Part shown: in pieces, positions 14,703 through 23,724 of the stretch | Layout of the letters: the number at the start of each line of letters is the position of its first letter | How positions within the stretch are numbered: position 1 is the stretch's first letter | Source: a virus | Virus record (IMG/VR): IMGVR_UViG_3300047496_000311 | DNA length: 38,324 nt | Strand: one strand, 5' to 3' | Notes under the pieces: generated by a model | Database searches by the model: none | The model's input: the letters and a program-made list of their open reading frames with translations, nothing else | What the model was told of the DNA's origin: nothing | Position numbers and translations under genes: made by a program

Positions 14703-16283
14703 ATGTCAATTACGACTACTTCAACGCTACCAGCACCAGTACAGCAAAGCTTTAGCTATAAGCTGCTGTCGGTGCCGGTGCCTAATATGATCCATAAGAT
14801 CCCTGCTATGAAAAAGCAGATGCCTCGAAATGGTGGTACAACGTTGCGTATGAGAAGATATAATCCTTTAAATACAGCAATGGTTCCCCTTGGAAATAGT
14901 GGCATCACTCCTCCACCACAAAATTTAACTGCCGTGGATATTGACGCTCAGATCTCATTTTATGGGACTTACGTTCAAATTAACGAGCAAGTGACCTTGC
15001 AAAACCAAGATCCAGTTCTTAATGAATGTGCTGCACGTTTAGGTGTTTCTCTTCGTCAAACCGAAGACCAATTAACCTCAAATATGCTCGCATCTACTGC
15101 TTCATTTATCAACTGCGTTGGCGGTGTTAATGGCGACGTTCCGACAGAATTAACTCGTTCGGACGTTGATGAAGTGGTTCGTGCTCTTTTGGGCAATAAT
15201 GCTTACACCATCATGGATAACATTGAAGGTGATTTGAAATTCGGTACAGCGCCTAAAAAGAATGGGCGCTTTAAATCTTTTCTGATTGACTTAGAAGCCC
15301 TATGGGGTGATAAGGCGCAAGCAAGTTTATACTGTGCAGCGTGAACGACTAAGTGAAGAGACCTCGAAAGAGGATGCGATAGTCTGACCTCTATGGAAAC
15401 ATAGAGAGGGAGATCCGAAGAGGTTTCCCCGCCACGCAAGTGGTCATTAAAGTAACAGAATGGTTCGTGATGCTTACTTTGCATTATGTCATACCGATTT
15501 AACAGCAGATATGGATAATATTGCTGGTTTCATACAAAAGAACCAATATCCATCACCAATGAATGCACTGCGTTCAGAGTGGGGTTCTATTGGAAACCTT
15601 AGATTCTTAGTGTCTTCAATTGGCAGCGTTTTCCAAAATGCGTCCAACTTAGGTGCTAATATCTACAATATTTTCTGTGTTGGTATGGAGGCTAAAGTGT
15701 TAGGCCTCATAAAATTTTGGGTAATTGACTTGGAAACCGTAGTGGCTTCTAGCTAACCGGTGACAAGGGGCAAGCGCAAGCAGCCTGAACGACTAAACCC
15801 TGAGACCCAGAAATGGGATGTGATAGTCTGACCTGCATGGAAACATGCAGAGGGAGATCCGAAGAGGTTTCCCCGCCACGCAAGTGGTCATTAAAGTAAC
15901 AGAATTGTATGCATGTATAGAGCAAGATGGATATAGTGCTTCGTTCATAAACTAGATATGTGAACGTTAAATCTTGGGTAATTGACTTGGAACCCGTAGT
16001 GGCTTCTAGCTAACCGGTGACAAGGGGCAAGCGTGATTGCAGCCTGAACGACTAAACCCTGAGACCTCGAAAGAGGATGCGATAGTCTGACCTCTATGGA
16101 AACATAGAGAGGTGACCTGAAGTGGAAGCCCGCTCGCAAGAGTAGTAACACGTGTGATATAGACCGCCGATATATGATGGGCCATTGGCACTTAACGCAT
16201 CTGTAGGCTATAAAATGGCAGAGGTGCCTCGGATATGCAATGATTTATGGGTCCTAAATCTACGCTGCACCTTAGCAGTTTAA
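14703..16283 (+). CDS. major capsid protein (HK97-fold, N4 gp56-like pattern), four exons: join(14703..15254, 15463..15693, 15908..15948, 16157..16283) = 316 aa
   Basis: Exon 1 motifs: GGTTLRMRRYNPL...ITPPPQNLTAVDIDAQISFYGTYVQINEQV. The spliced junctions read GTAP|VRDAYFALCH, CVGMEA|YACIEQDGYSASF, then I-YRPPIYDGPLALNASVGYKMAEVPRICNDLWVLNLRCTLAV. Exon lengths 552+231+41+127 = 951 nt, in frame. Track ORFs 14703..15344 and 15460..15756 are exon plus intron read-through. Confidence 0.8.
15255..15462 (+). ncRNA. group I self-splicing intron 1 (208 nt, no ORF)
   Basis: P1: exon gcgccu (15249..15254) pairs with gggcgc (15264..15269), with a U.G pair at the splice site. P7 is gacta (15347..15351) with tagtc (15380..15384). 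P8 is CCTC-gaaa-GAGG (15362..15373). P9 is CTCTATG-gaaa-CATAGAG (15389..15406). CCAC-gcaa-GTGG hairpin. Terminal G at 15462. Possible P10: gaau (15260..15263) with exon 2 guuc. Confidence 0.8.
15694..15907 (+). ncRNA. group I self-splicing intron 2 (214 nt, no ORF)
   Basis: P1: exon gaggcu (15688..15693) pairs with ggccuc (15703..15708), U.G at the site. Same gaacgactaa ... gatagtctgacc core. P8 is CCCA-gaaa-TGGG and P9 is CTGCATG-gaaa-CATGCAG, both compensatory relative to intron 1. Terminal G at 15907. Confidence 0.8.
15949..16156 (+). ncRNA. group I self-splicing intron 3 (208 nt, no ORF; splits a codon)
   Basis: P1: exon cguucau (15942..15948) pairs with gugaacg (15960..15966), U.G at the site. 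Same core as introns 1 and 2. CTC-gcaa-GAG hairpin. Terminal G at 16156. Exon 3 ends AT and exon 4 starts A, giving an Ile codon and the only open downstream frame. Confidence 0.75.
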
Positions 16284-16298
16284 CCCGAAGGAGATAAC

Positions 16299-17438
16299 AT
16301 GGATGGAACTATATTAAGCCAAGGCACGCTTATCGCGCCGGCAACTATTGTCCCGGTAGCCATTAATATCCCGTCTGGGGTAGACTGGCTGAAGGTTGTT
16401 AACTATACCCAAAAAGGTACCGTTGGTGGTGCTGGTGCGGTTGGTAACGAGTTTTATTGGCAACGTGGAATGGCTGCGGGTTCAGCAGTTGTTTCCTATT
16501 ATTCAAATGGTAGCACTGTTTTAAATGGTGATACGCTCGTGAGTGGTGGTTTTACTCTGTATGATCCATCAGGACAAACACAGGGTGCATTACCATTGGT
16601 TGGTACACCTTTAGCTGCAACTGCTATTACCAACGCACGTCGTCCTGTTGTAAGCACAACACATACTTCTGGATTATCTGTTGGTTCGATTGTAAGACTA
16701 TCAGTTCTTTCAGGAGACACTGCAGTAATTGGTTCTTTGGGAACTATGGATTTTGTGGTTGGTGCTATTAACGCGGGCGTTAGCTTTACCTTATTGTTGG
16801 CAAGCAATCAGCTTCCAGCAAATCCAGGTATTACTACCGGTACGTTGCATTTCTCAATCATTAACTATAATCCACTTTATTATCCATATCATCGGATTAT
16901 CACTGAAATTACTCAAGAAGCAAATGCTGAAGTGAGTACGTCAGTTCCTCACGGATTGACTCCGGGACAAGTGTTAAGATTCAACATTCCGGCTGCTGCT
17001 GGCATGACACAATTGAATCCGTCATCACTTAATAACTACTTCCCTCAATCAGCGAGTCAGAATGCGTACGTGGTTTCGGTGGTTGATGATTATAATTTCA
17101 TTATTAATATTGATACAACTAATTACACTGCGTTTTCGTTCCCATCGGTTGCATCTGCTCCAAGTACATTGCCGCAGATAATTCCATTTGGTGAAAACAC
17201 CTCTGCATCTCTTTCAATTCCTGCATCTCAGATACCAACTATTAATAGTATTCAGATATTTGGTACCCAATCGGGTATTTTAGCTGATGCTACAACAAAT
17301 ACTGGTTATCTTGGTATGATCTTTGGAATTGGTGGTAATGGTACCGTGAGCGGCGCCAATATTACTGGTCCAGCAGGTGCTGATCAAGACGATGTCATCT
17401 ACTGGGTAGCTGGTAAATCAGCATACGGTGGTTTGTAA
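16299..17438 (+). CDS. virion protein with two beta-barrel repeats, possible capsid decoration or fibre protein
   Basis: 379 aa; RBS gaaggag. Directly follows the capsid gene. Repeats ITNARRPVVSTTHTSGLSVGSIVRLS... and ITQEANAEVSTSVPHGLTPGQVLRFNIPAAAGMTQLN...IINIDTTNYTAFSF. Confidence 0.45.
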   Translation: MDGTILSQGTLIAPATIVPVAINIPSGVDWLKVVNYTQKGTVGGAGAVGNEFYWQRGMAAGSAVVSYYSNGSTVLNGDTLVSGGFTLYDPSGQTQGALPLVGTPLAATAITNARRPVVSTTHTSGLSVGSIVRLSVLSGDTAVIGSLGTMDFVVGAINAGVSFTLLLASNQLPANPGITTGTLHFSIINYNPLYYPYHRIITEITQEANAEVSTSVPHGLTPGQVLRFNIPAAAGMTQLNPSSLNNYFPQSASQNAYVVSVVDDYNFIINIDTTNYTAFSFPSVASAPSTLPQIIPFGENTSASLSIPASQIPTINSIQIFGTQSGILADATTNTGYLGMIFGIGGNGTVSGANITGPAGADQDDVIYWVAGKSAYGGL

Positions 17439-17450
17439 TTATTAAATAAT

Positions 17451-17484
17451 GGAGGGGGCGCTAGGGCAAAGTGAGCCCCCCTCC
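17451..17484 (+). other. GC-rich hairpin after the decoration-like gene (attenuator or RNA-stability element)
   Basis: ggagggggc (17451..17459), loop, gcccccctcc (17475..17484). No U-tract follows. Confidence 0.4.
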
Positions 17485-17503
17485 CCTTAGCATTGGAGAG
17501 TAC

Positions 17504-17944
17504 ATGAAAGAAGTTAAGAATTTACCAAAAGACACCACGGTTTCCGCTGGTGATAATAAAAAAAATTACAAGTATCAACGCGATAAAGAACGTGAGTTGG
17601 TGACCGGCGTGGTTAAAAACCATGAATGTCCTGGTGGTACCGTAGAATTTATGTTCCGTAAGTGGCCTGGTGATCCCATTGAGAAGTATTCATTTATTGA
17701 TGGGCAAGTTGTTAAGATCCCTCTTGGGGTAGCGCGCCATTTAAATTCAAATTGCTGGTACCCAGTCCACCAATACGCTCAAGATAAAAATGGTAATGCG
17801 AGCTACAAAGTGGGTAAAAAGATTCGTCGGTATGGGTTCCAAAGTCTAGAATTTCTTGATGAAAATGATTTAGGTTCATATGGAAGTGCGGATACTTCAT
17901 TGGTTACCATTGAAAGAGCTGTTATTCCTGCCCAACTAACTTAA
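17504..17944 (+). CDS. hypothetical virion protein
   Basis: ATG at 17504 after ggagag. 146 aa. In the structural gene block. Confidence 0.55.
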   Translation: MKEVKNLPKDTTVSAGDNKKNYKYQRDKERELVTGVVKNHECPGGTVEFMFRKWPGDPIEKYSFIDGQVVKIPLGVARHLNSNCWYPVHQYAQDKNGNASYKVGKKIRRYGFQSLEFLDENDLGSYGSADTSLVTIERAVIPAQLT

Positions 17945-17954
17945 GGAAGTCGCC

Positions 17955-18320
17955 ATGTCAGAATCGTGTTATTCAGTTCAGTTTCCCGTGTTCCAGCTGG
18001 CGATGCGTGTCATATCATCTATAACCAATGCCCCTCAGGCAGTAGTGACGACGACGATACCGCATCAGTATATTACCGGCGCACTCGTGCGTTTTAATAT
18101 AACGGCTTATCATGGGATGCCACAACTCAATCAGCAAGTCGGCGAGGTCACGGTTCTTACCGATACTACTTTTAGTGTAAATATCGATACCACATCTTAC
18201 CAGCCGTTTTCTCTACCGACTATGAGCAAGTATACCTGTTCGCAGGTTATACCGATTGGTGAAGATAATTCGATTCTGACAGCGGCAACAAGAAATGTTT
18301 TACCTTATAGTGCATCTTAG
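17955..18320 (+). CDS. small protein carrying one copy of the beta-barrel module seen in 16299..17438
   Basis: ISSITNAPQAVVTTTIPHQYITGALVRFNITAYHGMPQLNQQVGEVTVLTDTTFSVNIDTTSYQPFSLP...QVIPIGEDNS parallels the second repeat and tail (PQIIPFGENTS) of the 379-aa protein. Confidence 0.55.
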   Translation: MSESCYSVQFPVFQLAMRVISSITNAPQAVVTTTIPHQYITGALVRFNITAYHGMPQLNQQVGEVTVLTDTTFSVNIDTTSYQPFSLPTMSKYTCSQVIPIGEDNSILTAATRNVLPYSAS

Positions 18321-18329
18321 GAGGGTATT

Positions 18330-19460
18330 ATGCCAGATTCAAGTAACCCACTAACGACGTTAGCGGCCATACAAACCAAAGTTCGAAGATTAACGCGTAA
18401 TTTATCTGAATATCAGTTATCTACCAGTGATCTTAATCAGTATATCAATACGTTTGTATGTTATGATTTTCCCGAACATCTGCGAATGTTTAACTTACGC
18501 ACAACATTCTCCTTTGTTACTAATCCCTATCAAGATATTTATCCCACCGATACCAGCTCTTTTGTTGGTGTCACGAGTAATCAGCTTTATAATTTCCAAA
18601 ATAATTATCTTACCGTGCATCCCCCATTCTATATAGCTGGATATCAGTCGCTTTATTCTCAATCACGGGAACAATTTTATGGAATTTATCCTAATATCAA
18701 TTCTATTGCTTCTATTGGTGTTACTGGCGATGGATCTACCACTCAATTTGCCGGAGTAATTAACTCCCAACAAGCGGTTATACCCCCTGGATTATCACAA
18801 ACAACCGTAGCACTCTTACAGGAAAATGTTTTATTCAGCTCGGTAGATAGTAATGGTAATGGGTTAGCGATGATAGATGTTCCCGTCAAGAATACACAGA
18901 CGGGGAATAACACTGTTTTTGGTAATTTATACCAACCTGGATCCGAACCAGCAACACCACCTACCGTTGTCTTGAGTAATAACTATATTAATTATGCCAC
19001 AGGGCAATTTGTGGTTACTTTCACGGTTAATAGTACTCCAACAGCTCCTGGCTCGGGTGTCGCAATAAATAGTCAGACAGTTGCTCAAAATATCGCCTTA
19101 CCACAAGCGGTCTGTTATTACGATAATAAGTTTATCGTGCGTCCCGTTCCGGATCAGCCCTATGAGATTAATTTTGAGTGCTATAAAAATCCGGTAGCGC
19201 TTTTGAATAGCGGTGATGCACCGGCATTAAATGAATGGTGGCAATACATAGCATATGGTGCCGCTAAAAAGGTGTTTGAAGATCGTCAGGACTTGGAATC
19301 GGTGCAGATGATTATGCCCGAATTCACCAAACAAGAACGTCTGTGTCTTAGACGAACTATCGTACAATTAACTAACGAAAGAACCCGAACCATCTATACG
19401 GATCAGGCTAATGGTAATCAAGCTGGCGGTCTTTGGGGATGGGGCGGCGGACAATTTTAG
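18330..19460 (+). CDS. putative head-tail adaptor or structural protein
   Basis: 376 aa; RBS aggagg. The pattern around FIVRPVPDQPYEINFECYKNPVALLNSGDAP...WWQYIAYGAAKKVFEDRQD resembles phage adaptor families (from memory). Confidence 0.35.
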   Translation: MPDSSNPLTTLAAIQTKVRRLTRNLSEYQLSTSDLNQYINTFVCYDFPEHLRMFNLRTTFSFVTNPYQDIYPTDTSSFVGVTSNQLYNFQNNYLTVHPPFYIAGYQSLYSQSREQFYGIYPNINSIASIGVTGDGSTTQFAGVINSQQAVIPPGLSQTTVALLQENVLFSSVDSNGNGLAMIDVPVKNTQTGNNTVFGNLYQPGSEPATPPTVVLSNNYINYATGQFVVTFTVNSTPTAPGSGVAINSQTVAQNIALPQAVCYYDNKFIVRPVPDQPYEINFECYKNPVALLNSGDAPALNEWWQYIAYGAAKKVFEDRQDLESVQMIMPEFTKQERLCLRRTIVQLTNERTRTIYTDQANGNQAGGLWGWGGGQF

Positions 19461-19469
19461 GAGTTTACA

Positions 19470-20105
19470 ATGCCATATAATGGAAATATTCCGCAGGCCA
19501 CCGACTTACTCTCAAGCTCGCAGCCATTAATACAGGGAAATTTTAGCGCAATTCAAACATTAATTGATGTCGATCATGTTGATTTTGCTTCAGCTAACCA
19601 GGGTAAACACTTTAGAGTTTCTCTTCCTGTGCAATCAGGACCTAGTTTTGATGCGACAGATACGGGATTATACTCAGCGCTTAACCCAAACAGTTCTCAA
19701 AATGAAATTTACGCATACCATTACAATTCTACGGGCACTTTACGAACCCCAATGACTGCTTCTGTGTTGGGAACTAATGCTGATCCGGGTAGTAATTCTG
19801 CGGGATGGAGCTATTTACCCTCAGGAATACTTTTGAAATGGGGAAGTGCTACGGTGACTTCTACCTCGGGAAGCCCTGTTCAAACGGTTACATTACCTAC
19901 AGGTGCAAGTATTCCAGCCTTTAGTAGAATATTTAGTGTTTTGTTGACCGTTAGTACCTCAACAAGTGCAGATAATAATAATTTCGTTATCTTGCAAAAC
20001 ATATCTGGTATCGGAACCAGCTTTAATGTGATTGCGGTAGCTCGATCATCTACACTGACTACGTATGTTCAGGCAACATTTCAATATCTTTGCATAGGTA
20101 TTTAA
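19470..20105 (+). CDS. tail or fibre-associated structural protein
   Basis: 211 aa. The N-terminus PQATDLLSSSQPLIQGNFSAIQTLIDVDHVDFASANQGKHFRVSL resembles the N-termini of phage tail and fibre proteins. Confidence 0.4.
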   Translation: MPYNGNIPQATDLLSSSQPLIQGNFSAIQTLIDVDHVDFASANQGKHFRVSLPVQSGPSFDATDTGLYSALNPNSSQNEIYAYHYNSTGTLRTPMTASVLGTNADPGSNSAGWSYLPSGILLKWGSATVTSTSGSPVQTVTLPTGASIPAFSRIFSVLLTVSTSTSADNNNFVILQNISGIGTSFNVIAVARSSTLTTYVQATFQYLCIGI

Positions 20106-20120
20106 CCCGCGGGAGGCATA

Positions 20121-22361
20121 ATGGCTTACGATAGATTTATGATAGCTCCTGAAGGATTTACGGTGGGCCTTGAAACCGATCGTAGACCGTGGCTTATTCC
20201 CGATCAAGCATTCGCACTTCTTCAAAATGCTTACGTCTTTCGTGGCCGTGTCCGTAAAAGATTTGGTTCTTACGGTACGGGAACACAAAGTTCTACCTAT
20301 AATTCCCGATTGGCTATTCAACTTGGAACCACTAATGGAGCAGGTAATTTAAGTGGCACCGTACCCGGTTCTGTTTTTGCTATTGGACAAGCATTTGTTA
20401 TTGGTACCGAAATATTTACCGTCTATCAAACGGGAACGCCAGCAACTTTATTGACCACTGGAGCATCTGCTACACATACCTATAATACCAGCACGGGTGC
20501 GTACAATTTTACGGGCGCAGCAATCAATACTCCTGTTTATTTTTATCCAAGTACTCCCGTTATGGGGATCTCTCTTTATGAAAATGGACCAGTAAATGCA
20601 CAACCAACATATGCTTTCGATACGCAGTTTGCTTATGTGTGGAGTAATGGGATATGGATACGATCAGGGACAGCTGTTTGGCGCGGAACTGACTCGAATT
20701 TCTTTTGGATTACCAATGCGTACACTGGAACAACTAATCAGAAATCATTATTTGTGAGTAATTTTAATGCAACGGTGCCGACACCAGCTGCGACCGATGA
20801 TCCCCTGTGGTATTTTGATGGAACTTCCTGGACGAGTTTCACCCCGGTTGTATTAAATAATTCAGGAACCCTTACCACAATACAAACATGCCAAGCCATC
20901 ATTTTCTTTAAGGGACGTTTATTATTACTTAACACTATTGAGCAAACAAGTGGTGTTAATTACGCTTTTACTAATAGATGCCGTTATTCTTTTGAGGGTG
21001 ATCCCACGGCTGTTAATGCGTTTTTAGAGCCTAACCAGAGTTATATGGGTCTTTTTGGGGCTGGTGGTAATTTTACCGATGCGCCTACTTCAGAGATTTT
21101 AACGAGTGCTGAATTTGTTAAGGACCGTCTTATTGTGTATTTTGAGCGAAGCACCTGGGAATTGGCTTATACTAATAATCAGATAGACCCATTCATTTGG
21201 CAAAAGATAAATACTGAGCTAGGAACCGAATCTCCTTTTTCCACGGTTCCATTCGATAGAATCATTCTTTCGATCGGCAATACTGGTGTGCATGCTTGTA
21301 ACGCCGCTAATGTAGAGCGTATCGATAATAAGATTCCTGAAAAAGTATTTGAAATTCAGAATCTGGGGTCAGAAGTGGTGCGTATATTTGGTATACGTGA
21401 TTATTTTAATGAGATGGTTTATTGGACTTTTCCATCCGCAAATCGATCGGCTACTTATATATACCCTAACCGTATACTCGTATATAACTATCAAAATTCT
21501 TCCTGGGCTTTTAATGATGATACTATAACTTGTTTTGGTTACTTTGAGCAACAACCCGGATACACTTGGGCTTCCACTACTTTTACATGGGAAGAGTGTG
21601 ATTTTGAGTGGGATAATGGTCTTTCTTCAACAAATGCCCGCCAGGTTATTGGAGGAAATCAGCAGGGGTATGTTATGGTTTGTGATTCAGAGCTTTCTCG
21701 AAATGCTCCTGCACTACAAATAACCAATATAACGTATAATTCTACAACAATAACACTAACCATTGTAAATCACAACATTACCACAGCTTTGATCGATAGC
21801 TATATATTGATTGAAAACGTTCAGGGTATTGCCAATATAAATGGCAATATTTATCAGGTTCAAACAGTTCCGGATATGAATACGATTACCGTTAGTAATA
21901 ATCCGCTTAATCCAGTAAGTGGGACCTATCTTGGTGCAGGAACGATTTCCTATGTTTCCCAAATATCTATCAGCTCAAAGCAATGGAATCCCTATGTTGA
22001 AGAGGATAGAAATGTCTATTTAGCTAAAATAGATTTTGCGGTTCAAAGAACTGTGTATGGTCAGATAACAGTAGATTATTCTCCGAGTTCTACTAGTTTA
22101 TCTATGATACAGCAGGGTAATGCTAGCGGTGCTATTATGGGAAATAATATACTGGAGACCTCTCCTTATGCCTTAGCGCCTCTAGAACAATTTCAAGATC
22201 GATTGTGGCACCCAATTTATTTTCAATCTGATGGCGAATGTATTCAGATAAATATGTATCTTTCTAATGCGCAAATGTGTAATCCTAATATTGCATTAGA
22301 AGATTTTGAGCTTGAGGCAATTACCTTATTCACCCAAAAAACAAGTGCTCGAATGCAATAA
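20121..22361 (+). CDS. large tail protein (nozzle / tubular-protein-B-like by size and position)
   Basis: 746 aa. Largest structural ORF, following a ~200-aa tail protein as in T7-like gp11/gp12 order. No sequence motif confirmed. Confidence 0.4.
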   Translation: MAYDRFMIAPEGFTVGLETDRRPWLIPDQAFALLQNAYVFRGRVRKRFGSYGTGTQSSTYNSRLAIQLGTTNGAGNLSGTVPGSVFAIGQAFVIGTEIFTVYQTGTPATLLTTGASATHTYNTSTGAYNFTGAAINTPVYFYPSTPVMGISLYENGPVNAQPTYAFDTQFAYVWSNGIWIRSGTAVWRGTDSNFFWITNAYTGTTNQKSLFVSNFNATVPTPAATDDPLWYFDGTSWTSFTPVVLNNSGTLTTIQTCQAIIFFKGRLLLLNTIEQTSGVNYAFTNRCRYSFEGDPTAVNAFLEPNQSYMGLFGAGGNFTDAPTSEILTSAEFVKDRLIVYFERSTWELAYTNNQIDPFIWQKINTELGTESPFSTVPFDRIILSIGNTGVHACNAANVERIDNKIPEKVFEIQNLGSEVVRIFGIRDYFNEMVYWTFPSANRSATYIYPNRILVYNYQNSSWAFNDDTITCFGYFEQQPGYTWASTTFTWEECDFEWDNGLSSTNARQVIGGNQQGYVMVCDSELSRNAPALQITNITYNSTTITLTIVNHNITTALIDSYILIENVQGIANINGNIYQVQTVPDMNTITVSNNPLNPVSGTYLGAGTISYVSQISISSKQWNPYVEEDRNVYLAKIDFAVQRTVYGQITVDYSPSSTSLSMIQQGNASGAIMGNNILETSPYALAPLEQFQDRLWHPIYFQSDGECIQINMYLSNAQMCNPNIALEDFELEAITLFTQKTSARMQ

Positions 22362-22370
22362 AGGAAAAAT

Positions 22371-22895
22371 ATGGCAGTTACTGGACCCTTTTTACCCACT
22401 ACGAATATATGGGATGTTTCCCAGGTCTATAATCTTAATATTGATCCAGGGTTAAGGGAGTTATTAGTTCGTCTCTATTTGGATCTCAATAGGACTTCTA
22501 TAGTCATTAATGCTAAGGATACTGGTATTTATTCCACTGATATCTATACAAATGGCCAAACTTTTTTCCCTAACCCAGCTTTAGCTTCTAATACCACACC
22601 TAAACCGACATATAGACAAGTCTACAGGGTAACTATTGATTTTGGTGCATTACCTAATAATACTACCAAGAGTGTGGCTCATGGGATTCCGGTGAATGCT
22701 GCCTATTCTTTTACCAGAATATATGGGTGCTCATCAAATCAAACCTCAAAAGAATTTATTCCACTGCCCTATGTGGGTACTGCAGGGGGTAGCGTAGAGC
22801 TTTATGCGGATGGTACAAATGTATACGTTATAACAAGTTCTAATTTAAGTGCATACAATATAACGTACATTATATTAGAATACATAATACAATAA
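22371..22895 (+). CDS. virion structural protein
   Basis: 174 aa, beta-rich, in the structural operon. Confidence 0.5.
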   Translation: MAVTGPFLPTTNIWDVSQVYNLNIDPGLRELLVRLYLDLNRTSIVINAKDTGIYSTDIYTNGQTFFPNPALASNTTPKPTYRQVYRVTIDFGALPNNTTKSVAHGIPVNAAYSFTRIYGCSSNQTSKEFIPLPYVGTAGGSVELYADGTNVYVITSSNLSAYNITYIILEYIIQ

Positions 22896-22904
22896 GGATA
22901 GATC

Positions 22905-23723
22905 ATGGCATCACTACGTGAAATTGCACTTGGGAGCGAGGCAAAGACAACACAGACTCCTCGCTTTAGTCCCGAGCAAATTGCTCAGCAAAATCAATTA
23001 GCTCAGATGGGCATGAAAGGCATCGAGGGAACTAATTTTAATTTTGGTCCTGTGGAACAGAGATTACGCAGACTCCATTCAGAACAGGCACTACCAACAA
23101 TTGCAAATAGATTTCTTGGAGGACAAGCGGCTAATTCTGGCGCCTATCAAAATGCTTTACGTCAGGGTGGCTTAGATCTTGAGGAGCGTATTGGAATGGC
23201 TGAAAATGCTTTTAATCAGCAGCGGTTCCAAAACTCATTACAACTTTTACAGCAAGGACAGCAGCCTCAATATGAAAACATTTTCCAGCCAGAATCATGG
23301 GGTTTGGTGGGTAGTGCAGGAAATGCACTACAAAGATTATTGGCGGCATATTTTACTGGAGGTGGATCTGAAGCTGGCGCTGGAATTAATTCTCTGGCTA
23401 GCGTGATAAGGTCTATAATGGGTAATTCTGAACAACCAGTTGAGCAAGCCCAAGGTGGTATAGTAGCCCCACGGTATCCTAATTTTGCAGGTGGTCAAGC
23501 ACCTCTTTCTGGAATACCAATGTTGAACTTAATATCTGATCTCGCACAACAAATCAATAAAAGTGGTCAGTCCTACCAAGAACCATCTCAGCGTCCTGGT
23601 GAGGTAAACGCACTTCAAAATCTAGTGCAGAATCTAGGTACGATAGATGTAAATAAATTGCGTCAACAGAAATTATTAAAGCAATTACAGCCATTATTAA
23701 TGGCCGCTGGTGCAGGAGTATAA
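22905..23723 (+). CDS. Q/G-rich protein, possible internal virion or ejection protein
   Basis: 272 aa, low-complexity Q-rich, follows the tail genes. Confidence 0.4.
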   Translation: MASLREIALGSEAKTTQTPRFSPEQIAQQNQLAQMGMKGIEGTNFNFGPVEQRLRRLHSEQALPTIANRFLGGQAANSGAYQNALRQGGLDLEERIGMAENAFNQQRFQNSLQLLQQGQQPQYENIFQPESWGLVGSAGNALQRLLAAYFTGGGSEAGAGINSLASVIRSIMGNSEQPVEQAQGGIVAPRYPNFAGGQAPLSGIPMLNLISDLAQQINKSGQSYQEPSQRPGEVNALQNLVQNLGTIDVNKLRQQKLLKQLQPLLMAAGAGV

Positions 23724-23724
23724 T

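Noticed and set aside
15340-16140. Three spaced copies of a ~50-120-nt repeat, which superficially resemble a repeat-spacer array
   Set aside because: The repeats are far longer than CRISPR repeats and are structured (GNRA hairpins, P7 pairing). They sit exactly at frame breaks of the capsid gene, and there are no cas genes. They are explained as group I intron cores.
15203-16191. Minus-strand track ORFs 15203..15484, 15945..16151 and 16006..16191, and the plus-strand extensions 15255..15344 and 15694..15756
   Set aside because: They lie antisense to, or read through, the intron RNA. The repeated peptide LYVSIEVRLSHPLSRS simply reflects the repeated intron core, and there is no RBS. These are artefacts of the ORF finder.
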